NCBI GenBank assembly: GCA_028534125.1
Contig: CM052816.1
Span: 84,880,001 to 84,944,000 of the forward strand
Source: Lama glama
Lineage: Eukaryota
Direction: 5' to 3'
Length of the DNA: 64,000 nt
This document shows, one piece after another, positions 26,201 to 40,409 of the stretch (the stretch's first letter is position 1; each line of letters begins with the position of its first letter). The position numbers were made by a program, and so were the translations under genes. The notes below the pieces were generated by a model. It saw only the letters and a program-made list of their open reading frames with translations. It was not told the origin of the DNA and made no database searches.

Positions 26201-29109
26201 TGCATATGGATAAATCCAAGGAGATGGGATTGCATGCGGCAAGATAAAAGAAACACACGCACATACATACACACACACATACACCCCTACAAAAAGAACA
26301 GTCTAATAGGATGGTGTTAGACCATTACTATAAAAGGCCCAAAATTCCATGCTGAGTTGTTTTTACATGAAGCATGGGTTATGAGTCCCTGCTAAAGGCT
26401 CTTGTACAAATTCCTTATTCATGGAGAACAAGTCTGGGATCATCAATTTGCCTCCATTGTCAGGATGAAGTGGAGGGCCAACAGAATGATTCATGAGGGT
26501 ATTTTTATAAGGAAATATTCTACAATATTTCAGACATTTGCAATACAAGAGAGAAAAGTCAGAAATGTTGTGTTTTGCTTTCACAATAATGAAATCTGAG
26601 ATTTACTAATTCTGTTTTCCGTAAAAAGGGAAACCTTTGGTTCTCACTCAAGATGACAAAGTCACAACAATTGCCATGTAGCTTCCCTGTAATTTAAACA
26701 GACATATGTGCCTAAATTACTTGGGCAGAAGAGTAATACTGCTCGAAAGAGGAATTAAAATAAATTTAACAAGAAGCATAGCAAAGACTCCTACTATTCT
26801 GTCAGAGAAACTTCTTATGCAATTGGTTTTTTACACATTAGATCTAGATCTTGAAAAATCCCTAGTCATCATGGATTAATAAGTAATTGATCAATTATCT
26901 ATAATTATTGAGAATTGAGCAGAATTTGATTTTACTATCTGGTTGTTAAAACACATTTATTGCATGAAGAGATAGACTTACAGGGATAGTGTTTATTATT
27001 TTGAAGGAAAACATTAGTATTTATGAAATAATTTTGAAACATCAACTATTAAGTTGACCAACTGACCAATACATTTTAATTCAAAGATACATATTCATAC
27101 TTAGTTTGCTCAGGGCAGTCGACATAGTGCCATGGAACTGCCTATAAATAAACAGTCAACATCTAAATACAATAAGGTATCTTCTTTTAAAAAATCAGCT
27201 CGCAATTTTTCATAGTTTTAATTCAAAATGTTTACCGTTCTGAAGCTGAAATCATCAGAAGTATAATCATGGAATTCTGAACTGGAAGGGAACTATAATA
27301 TTTATGAAACTCTTGGTTGCAGCTGGATACTTTTGGTATAGGTGTTAACTGAAAAATGGGAAACAGTGGTACCAATAGACAAACGGTTAGGAGTCTGGTT
27401 CACATTCAATTGAGTGATCAAACAAAAAGAGGATGACTCTCTTTTGCACTTTCCTATGTTGATGTGTGCACTAAATGTGGATATTTCCCCTGAGTATATA
27501 TAAAATGATGTACTTGGTTAGACCATTTTCTCTTAGGCTTTTAGGGTATAGCAGTTTGATTTGTACAGAGACAAATAAAGCCTGAAATTTCCTGAAGGAC
27601 GTTTGATAAATTTTTTAGTATATTATAGTGTTTTTCAGAATCTAAATAAATGATCTTTAGAAAGGTTTTAGAAGGTCATTACTTATGGTGCAGTACATGC
27701 AGCAGCTGCTTCTGTTTTATGTGCACATTGTATCCCCAAATGCTCTTTATAGGCTGCTTGTTTAAAACTAAGAACATATGAGAAAAATATTAAGCATAGG
27801 CTAGATGCTCAGGACAGTCTACAAAGGCTTATTTCATGCTGAGTTCTATAAAAATACCTACTTTTACAATAGAGTGCTATCATTTAATTCTTACTGCCAG
27901 TCCCCTCACTGCAGTATTATATTACCATGTTCCTGAACTATTGCATTACCACACTAAATAGCCTTTTCACTTGACCTTTTTTTTTTTTAATTCTCAAAAA
28001 CATATTACACACTGCTTTGTGAATGATACCAAATTCTTGGACAAAATGTCTATAGAAAAATAACCCAAATTTACTTAAGTAGAATTCAGTGTTCAGTATC
28101 ATTGCTTATTCCTGCCTATGTTCTATGCTCCCTTAATTAAGCAGCTTAGCTCTAGAGAAAGTGAAATCTTTCTTTTTTCAAATACTTAGCCTCTATCTGA
28201 TCATGTTCAGAGGTCCTTTTCCAGGGAGTCTTCAACACCCTTTTCTAAAATCTCACTTCTCTTTGCTTTAAGTCCTACATCAAGTACATCTTCCCACCTA
28301 AAGCCCTGAATCTTTATTCTCCCCAGCCGGGATTTTCTGTCAAAATTACGAAGTCATCTACCAAACCTTATTCATGGTACAATTTTAATTATTTTGGTCT
28401 ACTAATTTAGCTCCTAGAATCTGTGACATTTGCACTTTGAATTAGTGTTAGATTGAAGATTTTTTTTAACTTTCTCAAAATATTTGACATCACATATTTA
28501 TTCAAAATTACTATACAGTTACTATCTCAATAGATCTTTATTTAGCATTTATTAATATTGGTCCTGAGAAACTGACACTACAAAGCACAGACAGAGCAGA
28601 GAAAAATTAAAAGAAACATATTTCCTTTTGCTGACATATGTTACACTAACGTTGTTTCCTTTTCTGTTATACTCAAGGACCCTAATTATAACCAAGCCCC
28701 TCCCATTTTGCTATAGGCCCTAAAATAGCAAATGTACTTCAGAATCACAGTCAATTCAAAACAATGACTATTTTTTTAATATAAGTAATTTCAAGCAGTT
28801 ATTTATAATTTTAAAATGAGATTAAATAAATTCTGACTGAATTAGGAATTAACTACTCCTAGAAATACTTGTATTTAAAATTCAAGTGAGATTTTTTAAT
28901 CTGAAAAATACCTGTTAAACCATTGAAAAAATATTAGAATGTGATAGAAAATGTTTATTAGAAAGATTACCAAATTATATGTGTAATTTTTCCTGATCTC
29001 TTTTACTGATTTCAGTACTTCTGAACTATTTCTAATGTCCCAACATTCTCTTCCTCTGTTTCCAAACTTGCAGAAGATCAAATCCACCCTTACAAAGTCA
29101 TCAGTGTTA

Positions 29110-29141
<32 letters not shown>

Positions 29142-29659
29142 AAGAAACAAATAGAAGTAGTAGATTCTGCAGGAGGATAGAGATGGGTGGGGGAAAATAT
29201 TTAAGCACAAACATCATCAATTGCTATTTTTAATAGTAATAATTATCAATATCACTAATGATAAAAGTAATTTGTGATCACTCTAGATATGCCATTAAAT
29301 TAGTACTTAGTGGAATTTCCTCAGTAAATATTCTACTTCTCAGCTAGAATTTCCTAGGGATATGATTACTATAAATCATCATAGTCAGAACTATACATTA
29401 AAAAACAGAGGCACAAACAAAAGTTCAAGATTAATGAATAAATGACTTGGCAAATCTAAGAGGAAAGGCGTCTTTTTCTATAGTGGGAAGCGATGTATTT
29501 GTATGTTGTTTTGTGAAAGTTTCAACTCCGTTAATACTTTCCAACAACAAAATGGTTTTTTTTTGAAAAATTAAGATTATATTCTCCTACAGTTCCTATT
29601 CTATTTTTCTTACTCTATTGACACAATCAAGATATATTACTACTGTGTGTTATTTTAGA

Positions 29660-32420
29660 AAACCTGCAATTTTTACAAACTATTTTGGTAAATGTGTCTT
29701 AATACTTGAAAAAAATGTGAATTGCTTAGTTACAGAGTATAATATTATGCAGACTTAGATAAAGATAATGATGGTATTGTTCAATTCTCTATCATTACAG
29801 TTGTGTGTCTCCTTGTTCAAAGAAGAATATTAAAAAGTTTCATTTAAAAAATTTTCTCTTTGCCTTTGTCAATTTTTTTCATTTATTTTTATGCAAGTAT
29901 TGGGTGCACGGTCAATTATCTTTTATGTCTCTGATTAATTGATAGCATGGTCAATTATCTTTTATGTCTCTGACTAATTGATATTTCACTATTATGAAAT
30001 ATCACCCTTTATCTTTGACAATACTACTTGCTTGAAGTTTACCTGATCCAAATTTACCCACGCCAACTCATTTATGCTTGTGTTTTTGTGGTTTATCTTT
30101 TTCCATCCTTTTGTTTTCAGTATTTCTGTGTAATTATGTTTAAAATGCAGCTCTTGTAAACAGCTCAGAATTAGCTTATACTTTTTTATCCAGTCTGACG
30201 ATCCTTAACATTTAATTGAGATGTTAAGTCCATTGATAGAAAATGCAGTTACTGATACACGTGGATTCAAGTCTACCATTTTCTTGTTTTCTTTTGCCCC
30301 GTTTGTTTTTATAACTATTTCTGCTTTCTTATTATCTTTTGGGTTAATTTTTGTTAATATCTGAATTTGTGTTCTGTATAATTCATTCTTAATGTATTAT
30401 GCTAAATATTGAGTTAGTATTACATATTTTACTATTGTTTATAAAATGTTTACAATTATTTACAGTAAACTTAACAACAGTATAATTTCCTTTCCCTTGT
30501 AGGTCTTTATTTTATTTTTGTCATATATTTTTCTTCTGTATATATTACAAACTGAGTCATATATGGTTAGTGTTTATTATTTAAGCATTTCATTATTTAT
30601 TTAAAAACTTAAAAATAAAATTATATTATATTACATTATAAACTTAAGAGATTACCATTCCCAGTCATGTTTTTTATCTAAATTTCTGGATGTTATCATT
30701 TCCCTCCCAATTGAAGACTTCTTTTAGAATACTTACAGTGTGGGTCTGCTGGAAACAAATTTTCTTAGCTCTCTTTAATCTGACGATATCATTATTTCTC
30801 GTTTATTTTTGAGAGCTATTTTAATTGGATATAGAAATATATAGATTGACCTGACAGTTCTTTTTTCCTTTCACTGCTTTAATTTTTGCTGCATTGCATT
30901 GTGGATTCTATTACTTTTAATAAAGAAGTCATTATTCTTATCATTGTTGCCCTATATGTAATGAATATTTGTTTCTGGTTGGTTTGAAAGTTCTGTCTTT
31001 ATCATTGGCTTTCAACAGTTCATCTCAGCTGGTATTTTAGTTTGATACTTAACATATATTTTATTAATCCTGCTGGGTATTCACTGGCTTTTATATACCA
31101 ATGGATCTTTTTCCATCTAATTTTAAAATTGTCAGATCATTTTTTTTTGTGTCTTGTTCTCTTTTATTTTCAGGGACTCCAAGGGACAAATACATTAGAG
31201 TACTCCACATTGCCCCATAGATTATTCAGATTGTGTTATATATATTTTAATATACGTTTGTCTCTGTGCTTCAATTTAAATTGTTTATTTTTACTGTGAA
31301 TATTTATTACTTCTTATGATTCTGTGTCCAATCTGTTATTATACATTTTTATTACAGATGCTATAATTTCTAGTTCTAGGTTTCTTTCGTTTATTTGATT
31401 TTTTATGTATTTTATGGAATTTTTCATGTACTTAACCATTATTTTAGTGTACTCTATAAATTCTTTAATGTATTTATGATAGTTAATTTTAAAGTCTTTG
31501 CCTGTTAAACCCAACAACTGAATCTTATTTGTGTCTATTTCTGTTGGCAAAAATTCTCTCATTTTTGTTATATTTTTATGCTTTTTCAATCTATAGGAAG
31601 CTTAGATTACATATTGGATATTATGAGTAAGACACTGTGGAGATTATAGATTTTGTTTTCTTCCTCTGAAGAATATTAAGTTTTGCCCCATGAGCAGTAA
31701 AATTACTGAATGCTTCTTTGATTCTTTGTAGGTTTTTAGAATTTTCAAGGCAGACTATTATGTTTACTCCCTTAGTCCTGCAGTGTAATCCTACTTCCTA
31801 GGACATCTTCCTGACTCCTAAGTTATCATCTTTCTGATGTTTCCTTAGAAATCTTCATATACGTGCCAAACATATCTACCTATAAGAAGCCTGAATTTTA
31901 AACTCTCCATTCCTATTATCTGGAATGGTTAAAATCTCTGTTCGGTTTTCAACTTTTATTCTGTTCCTTTTCTCTGGATTCTTTGGGGTCTTACCCTATA
32001 CATGGTCAGTTTGGAAGTCAGCCACATGCTATCTGTAATGTGTATTCAAGTTTTAGGTCTCTTTACTCTGTGGCTTCCTCTGTTTCTGGACTTTCTTCTC
32101 TCAATTTTCAGCCATTCTTGCAGCGCTGAATCCTGACCTCTGATCCCTCAGTCCTTAAAAACTGCTGATTTCTGCTTGAACTCTTTTCTGGGTGGCACAT
32201 TAAATATGGAATGCTTGCAAGGAAAAGGGCTTAATGTGGAAATTGCTTTATTTCCTATTTGCTAGTAATCCTCCCAGTTTTTGTCTGCCGTTGGTTGTTA
32301 TTAGTGCCTTCATAGAGTTTTTTTTTTGTGTGTGTGTTAACTAATTTGTAAAGAGTTAATTATTTGTATCAACAAGAGTGTTGGGCCCACACAAGCTATA
32401 TTCTATGATTGGAACAAGAA
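29660..32420 (-). mobile_element. Ancient L1 (L1M-type) 5' half: ORF2 endonuclease region, ORF1 remnant and 5' UTR
   Basis: Reverse endonuclease-region motifs (ttttatccagtctgacgatccttaacatttaattgagatgttaagtccatt). ORF 31314-31589(-) IDTNKIQLLGLTGKDFK...IKNQINERNLELEII...NRLDTES resembles the L1 ORF1p N-terminal coiled coil. Confidence 0.75.
29906..29983. repeat. Tandem duplication, 2 x 39 bp with 2 mismatches
   Basis: gcacggtcaattatcttttatgtctctgattaattgata / gcatggtcaattatcttttatgtctctgactaattgata. Confidence 0.95.
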
Positions 32421-34909
32421 CATGTTAAGTATTTGTCCTTTATTAACACTTATGCTTTTGTAAATAAATGTCTGATGATTAAATGCATGTCTGAAGTTAA
32501 CTCCTGCAACACAGTCAACAGTGCAAATATGGTTTAGATCATATAGGTTAAAAACTATTCTATGTCTTTTAAAAAATATTTTTTCTTTCCTACGGCACAG
32601 TAGGAACTGAAGAAGGAAGTGGATGTTAATACAGCTAGTATGCTATGCAGATAAAATTGTTATTAAAGACATTCATCAAAATTGTCTCATATCTTAATAA
32701 AAAACAGATTTCACATGTTGAATTTCTTTTATATCTTTCTACAAATCTTTGATAAAGGGCCCTAAGAATTTCACATGTTTCACATAGTAAGTTTTATGAC
32801 TCTGCTTTAAATGACTATTTTCTGACTTTTAATTAAAATAGTATCCTCAGAATGTTAGGAAAGATGGTTGAAGGAAGAAAATTGCTTAAAGAGAGTATTA
32901 AGTCATTAGTACATAATATTCCTAACACTGTATGGGAGTAATGGCAGTGACTATGCAGAAGTACATATTTGGATCTAATTGTCCTGTATATCCATCAGAC
33001 TTCCTGGGACTGTTGTTTCTTCTTCTGTCAACCACTATTGAAATTCAGCCAGTATCTTTAATGAATTAGAGGATAATTAAGTTGTAGGGCAAAAAAAAAA
33101 ATTCTCACTAGCAACTCTATTTCAATTAATAACCAGTATTTTACAATAATTATGTTAATGTAGGTTTTAAAAACACATATTTTTAAAGTTCCTATTTACT
33201 TTAAAATTACTCTTTTTAGTCACTATAGTATATTTTGTATTAATAGTACTCATTAAGAAATGCAATATTAAATGTCTTTAAAGCAGCAAAACACTAGATT
33301 ACTTATTGACAAAGGTTTAATTTATAAATCTCTGAGAAAAGCTTTATTGACTATTTTATGCTTATTCCAATAACGGTGTGTCTTAAACTCTTATAAACAC
33401 CTTTATTTCAAAGTAAGTGAACTCATTTTTTATGTGTATAAGAGAAAATAATAAAAATGGCTTTGTCAAATGACAGGCTAAAAAAATCTTTGTTTACGTA
33501 TAAGTGAAGTTTCTAATATACAGCAAAAACAAGATAAGCTATATTCCATGTATCCTAAAATTTGTCATGAAATGTGTTGATTTTGACAAAATTTTAAAAT
33601 CTAATTTACGATAAGCTAAGTTTACCAAATATACTTTACACAAGTGAATACGTCCATTTTTCTTCAAAATTAAAGTAGACAAAGGAGTGTTGAAATTCTA
33701 CTATAAAATGGATATTAGGAAATAGTTAAAGGAAATAAAATGAAAGAGCACAAATAGAAAAGAATGTTGTTAATATTTCCCATAAGTCCATTATAATGAC
33801 AGCTCTGAAGTAAGTCAGGAGAGTCTTCAGTATCTGTCTCCAAATTACATAGACAAGGGGTACTGGAAATTATTCATTTTTCCTCTTCTTAGTTTTGTTA
33901 GGCTAATATTAGCAATGGACAATTCGTTTTGTTGGTGATAAACTGTTAATTCAAATTGAGAGCTAAAAATTTTGACCACCCTCAAACAAGAGAAGAAAGG
34001 TAAGGTCAGAGGTAAGAAGGATAGACATACTCTTAAAGAATGCCTAGCTCTTTTCTCCACAAATTGCCTTGTCTGTTTGGTGCTTACGGAAAGAAGGAAT
34101 AAAAAATGTCTAGTCAAAGAGTACTGAAACTGTGTAATATTGAGAGTGCCATTAAGTTTAAAACAACAGTGCTAGAGTGATTCTCTGATTATGAAAACTG
34201 ATAACATTAAGAATTAATTCTATAGAAGTTGTATTTGACCATATATTAGGAGTTTTAGTGAGACTGAAACAAATTTGGGTGATGCATAAACACAAAGTTA
34301 AAAATAACTCTTAGAAATGTCAGGAAATTAGTGTTGCATATTTTCTCCCCAACTTTTTTTTTTTGCTAATTTTACTCTCTTATTACTTGGATCAGTCAGC
34401 TATTAACATTTTGTCCTTTGTAATTATTTTAAAGTTCAAAGTCCAAAGCCAGTAATATAAAATGTGAAGATGTGAGATGAGAGTATTCAGTGTAGAATTA
34501 GAAGATTTTTGAATAATTTAAAAACTACAAGTGGCCAATAGTAAAATTGTCTCTTTTGTAAAGTAATAAACACTTTTCTCTCAAAGTATGCAAAGAAAGA
34601 TTAAATGTATACCGATAGTGTAGAGTTACACTGAAGAATAATATAAAGAAAGTAATATAATCTAACTCATTGATAATAATATTCATGAGATTAATTTTCT
34701 CTAGTATTTGTAGTTTATTTTGATGTCCAAAAATGATTTTCCAGAAGATAAAAAAGTTTTTGACTGCTATGTAATATTGTATCAAATAGAAAATAATATT
34801 ATGAAGAATTCCATTACAAATTATAACTGTGAACATAAATAATTCTGAATTAACAGATACGGATTCTAATGAACGCAAGTGTGCATGTTTGTATGTGTAT
34901 GTGTTGCCA

Positions 34910-35850
34910 ACTTGATTTGTTTAAAGATGTACATTTATAAACTAATATATGCACATCTTAATTGTACAGCTCAATGAAAATTTGTACTTGTATATACCTA
35001 TGCTAACATGATCAAGATCACAATATGGAAAATTTCTACAATACAAGGATAGACCCCCTCATTTACTCCTTTCTAACTCGCCCTCCAAGAGGTAACCACT
35101 TTGCTGAAACCAATCCCTACTGATAAGTTTGCCAGTAGTTGAATTTTATGTACATGGAATTAAATAGTATGTCTGGCTTCTTTTTTGAACTTTATGGAGG
35201 ATAAATTAATTAATGACACTTCGTGTAGAATTAATTTTTTTAATGGCTATGCAGTTTTCCACTGTATAAATATACCACAATTAATTTATCTATTCTACTA
35301 TTGGTAGATGATTGATGTGCTTCTAACTAGAGGCTATAACAAATAAAACTTCGGTAAACATTCTTACACATTTTATTGTCACACATGAATTCAATATCTT
35401 TGGGTATATTTCAAAAGCAGAATTGCTGAAAAATAGAATGGACATAGATTTATCTTTAATAGGTACTAAGACAGTGTTTTCAAAGAGACTGTACTAATTT
35501 ATACTCCCACCTGGAATTTGTGAGGTTTCTAGGGACTCTGTATACTTTATAAGGCTTTATATTGCAAGTCTTAAACGTTTTTAAATTTTAACCATTTTTG
35601 ATGATGTGTAGGACTATCTCATTACAGTTTTAATTTGAATGACCCTGATCATTTAAAAGTTAGGTATATTTTTATGTTGTATGGGTATTTGGATATATTA
35701 GTTTTGAATTGATTATATGGGATTTTTGCTCATTTTAAATTATTATCTACCTTTGTCTTTTCACTCTATAAAAGCCATATAAATACTGTATATGAATTAT
35801 TTATTAGAGATACTGAAATTCTTTTCTCTCAATTTGCTTTTGAGAAAACA
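34910..35850 (-). mobile_element. L1ME-type 3' end
   Basis: tgcacatcttaattgtacagctcaatgaaaattt...gatcaagatcacaatatgg...gtataaatataccacaattaatttatctattctactattggtag...tgtactaatttatactcccacc. Confidence 0.8.
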
Positions 35851-38394
35851 CATCATGATGTAAATATGCATGTTTCATGGACCAGTGAGACTTGTAGTAG
35901 TGTAAGATTTTAAAATATTTCCAATGTGCTAAGTCAAAATGAGTTCTCCTTTTCCTCCCAAAGTTATCCTTATTATTTCTGTTTCATGCTTTATTATGTT
36001 TGGTAGAACTTCCAGAGTGTTTTGTCTCATAAGTGATGGTGTGAATCAGTTCCTTACTGTGATACGGTACTTTAAACAATACAGTCCTTGTTATTTTAAG
36101 ATCTTCTGGTATGATAAGAAACATGATGGCCCACTGCTTTCTTTCTGGCAAAGAACTCAGACCTTCAAATGGAAATCTGCAGTGGCCATTTGAAAATGTT
36201 TTCTATTCACTTCTTGTCTGTACCAGCAAGTCTACTGTAGCGTCTCAATTCTGCTTTTCCATTCACAATCAAATGCCCTGTGAAATCAGTGATAAATGTT
36301 CCTTCTTTCCAGGGCAATTTTGAACACTTCCATTCAAACCATTAGTACGTAAATGAGAATACGAGGGCAGAAGACAGGTGTCACTAGTTAGCCTGAATCT
36401 TCTGAACTATCTACTTTTCTAGCATATACATAACAGAGTTATATAAAATAAACATAGACATCACCGTGTCGTTTTACTGCGTTTTATAAAAATACTTCTA
36501 TTATATCCATTCAGACTGACTTATTCTTTGAAAATAAAAATATTTTCTGCCTAGCTCAGTGTCTAGCATATATTTGCACTCAATTCGATGTTGATATTAA
36601 TCTAAGTTTTTGAGCACAGGACTGTGATGTTATCATCACTATTCTAATCACTGCACTGATTAAACATAAGATAGAGCTAAAAATGAACAGGCAGATAGCT
36701 TCCAAACCAACTGAACTGCTTTAATGGAGTTTTGCAAAGGGAAAAATAATTACGTATGCCTTTTTACGTATTCATTTTTGTAAGTACAAGAATCATTATT
36801 TTAAATTAAAGATGGCCTTTTCTTAACATTAAGACGTGATGTTAACAAAATGGAGCAGAAGAGGGAAAAATTAAGTTATATAATATATCATGCAAGATAC
36901 TTAGGTAAAATTGAGCCACACTTATAATATAAACATTGCATGTTATTTTATTGATTTTTGGTGTAATTTAAAATGTAAAAATGCATTATAAACACTGTTT
37001 TAGCCTTAAATTCATTCATACTAAAACAGAAAATGAGATTACAGTACAGCAAGTAAAGAAAATCCATACAAAGAAATATTCATTAACGTATGTTTCTGAA
37101 GGTATATTAGGGTACAGAGACAGTTAAATCAGTGAAAGGATTTTTGTTGTTGTTAGACTCACTCGAAAAGCTCTGGTCATGTTGAAATTGATGGATATTA
37201 TTCTGTAATTATATGTTTGTGATAAACGGTAATTCAGTCTCAATAGTATATCAATAATTAATATGCCTTTCACTGCTAATCTTCAAGGAACTTTTTAAGT
37301 AAAAGAATACAAAATAAAATAGATGCCACTGAGGTGACTGCAAGCTAAAGGACAAAAGAAAATGATATATTTATGCAATCAGATATTTAGCAGGACCTTC
37401 CACAGGCTACAGTGACCTTAATAACATAGATTCTCCAATTTTCGAAGCCATTATCTGAAGTCATAGCACAGAGCTAATATACAGAGCGCACTGAGTAATT
37501 AATCTTAAAGCCCTATTTCACCATCATGTGTCACTTCAAAGCTGAGTAAAAGTATACTTGCTATTATGTACCTGCAGTTATCAATCCTAAGAACAAGACT
37601 CAGTGGTCTTACTGCTTAGGTTTCTCCTCCCACCTGCAACCTGCATCTCAAGTGCAGGCCCAGAAGACATTTTTAAGTGGTTGGCCATATGCTATGAGTC
37701 TTGATAGGCATTGTTTTAATATTTTTCCTCACACAGACACTTAAAAGCATCCAGTAGAGAAAGTATACAAAACTGATTCGAGAAGTCACAATGCATTGAG
37801 TTTATCACTGATGTCTCCTCTTTTTATTCCTCTTATGTGATTGATCTGGTTCTACTGATTTATCTTCCAAACTCATGCGTGTAGTGACATGTCTGTTACT
37901 CCTGTCAGTCATCAGAGTCTCTCAAAGTCTTTAGTCTGCTTTCTTATAGTATTAAATTCCTAACTAATCCTAGTATCCTTGATTCTTTTCCCACTTTCAA
38001 ATTACCTTTCTACACCCCATCAGAGTACTTTCTCTAAATTATGTATCACAGTATTATCTTCTGCAAACATTTTTAGTGGTTCTTGCTTAGAGAAAATGCT
38101 CAAATGTTGAGATTACTATTCTTTAAAAACTCGTAACAGTTGAATATTCACTGCTATTCACGCCTTAATCACACTATACTAATTTTGCCACTTAATCTCC
38201 ACCTCCCCATAGTTTATTTATACTTCCCATTTTATTCTCTGACTATTAATTCTGCTCAATTTAAAAGGTCTGCTTTTGATATCACTCTTTATGACCCATT
38301 TATCCATCTGCCAGGTAGCAGTTGCTATTTTTTCTGTGATGTTACTATATATTTTATAGTGCTTTTTAAAAAAATTATATCACACAGGTGTATC

Positions 38395-38483
38395 TGTGTG
38401 TGTGTGTGTGTGTATTTGTGTGTAGGCTGTGGAAAAAAACTAATTTCTTTCCAATTTCAATGCCCCTTGTACAGTGCAGGCGT

Positions 38484-38516
<33 letters not shown>
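38395..38516. repeat. (TG)9 at 38395-38412 and (CA)14 at 38489-38516
   Basis: Read directly from the sequence. Confidence 0.95.
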
Positions 38517-38517
<1 letters not shown>

Positions 38518-40081
38518 TAGAGACACAATAATATCTTGTGTGATATTATGATGATATTATCACACAGTATGATGTGTGACAGTAATTCACCCTAAACTCT
38601 TTTCTTTTTGACTTGCAGGTTTTTATATATAATGAATTTTGTGCATTGAGAGCACAATGGATAATACTATTTAAAGTTGTTCTGACTAAACAGGTATTTC
38701 TCTAAAGTTGGAATGAAATAGTCAGAGCGATAATACATTGCTGTAGTTAGCACTCCCCGGAGTATAAAAATTGCCTCTTTAAAATGATGTGCTCAAGGCT
38801 ATAACCTTCGTTTGTATTCTATGAGATATAATATGACTGATGAATGAATCCTAATTTTCTCTCGTGTCATTTCACTCCTGGTAATATTTGCTTCATCTTG
38901 ACCACTTTTATGGTGAATAATACTGAAATCATACAGTACACATTCTCTTTTCTGACTTTCTGGTCAAGGCTAGAAATAGAGGCTCCCATTTTAGCTTTGC
39001 ATAAAGCTGAAAAGAAGCAGAGTTTGCATTTACGTCACGAGGAACTTCATAGAATAAAAGGTAGCTGAAATGTGTGAACTGTGATAAGAATGGCCTCTTC
39101 TGTGTCAGAAGAATTTTTGAGGTTTTTACTGCTAACATTCTTTTCCTCGCTATGGATCAGAAAATTTAGAGGAAATGAAAGTTTATGTCGGTATTCAATT
39201 TGAATTATATGTGAAGATCCCAGGACCATTCTTATTGTATTCACACTAGACATTTGAATCACTGAAGGATTTGCAACATTTACAAGAAAAATCATCTTAT
39301 TTATACATATACAGGTGTATACAGACAAGGTCAAATTTGCAAAGTGAGTGTTTTCTCAGATAAATAAGGTCTATATGTAAATATATGGAAAAATCAGTGA
39401 AGGCAGAGAAGTAAAGGTTCTGACTACTAATGAAAAACTTCAGGGTGTATTCAATTATTCTGTCATATTTCTTTGAAGTTGCAATGATGTAGTTATTTTC
39501 TATGTTTATTTTAGGCTGACAAGCCTGTTAATATGATATAACTTGAACAATGAAGCTTGATCATAAATACTGAAGCAACACAACATTGGGGAAACCACAT
39601 ATATGACATATGGAACCACATACATCATGTGTATGTATGTATATTGATGTAGTGAGTTTGTTTTTCCTCATACAATTCTAAGATTAGGCAGGTTGTTAGA
39701 AAAACTATAAATAAATCTATAAGGATTATTCTTTACAGTAAAATAATGTGCCTTATGGTCACTTATTCACTTGGCTACTTGAACAAGTTTGATTAGAAAG
39801 TCTAGTAATTTAAGGTCAGTAATTATAATTTAAATTACACATATAAGTAAAAGGTCAGTGACTACTTAGTTTTGTGACATTTTTATAAAAATAGAAACCT
39901 GATATCTTGCAAATTATTAGAATTCAGAATTTACTACTGTATTCTAAACTTTCATTTTAATTTAAACATTCGAAGTGTCATTAGAAATATTTAAGAACTT
40001 AAAATGTCTTGTTATGAAGAAATTTTGAGATAATTTTGAGACTCATCTTTTTCAAGGTGTATATATACTCATATGTATAAA

Positions 40082-40121
40082 TGTGTGTGTATACACACAC
40101 ACACACACACATACACACACA
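40082..40121. repeat. (TG)n-TA-(CA)n microsatellite
   Basis: tgtgtgtgtatacacacacacacacacacatacacacaca. Confidence 0.9.
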
Positions 40122-40409
40122 TATGTTTATGTTTATATATGGCATAATGTCCAATGGCATTGGGAGCAGGAGTGTATGTCCAAGGGAAAAAGCTAAACTT
40201 TTCACAGCCTACTTAATTGGAATTTCTACTTTTGCATTATTTCCATGTTCTAATTTATTACCCTGTTATTTCAAAAATTTTAAATGATCATCATCTTGAA
40301 AATATTTTTCTAGCCAATTAACATAACAGATTCTCTACTTCACTCACAATAACAAAAACAATATCAAAACAATTATTAGATGCAGTTCTTTTCCAGTGAG
40401 CCTTGTAAA

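Noticed and set aside
29109..29155. Long A-rich tract as the tail of a processed pseudogene
   Set aside because: No recognisable upstream body, poly-A signal or TSD.
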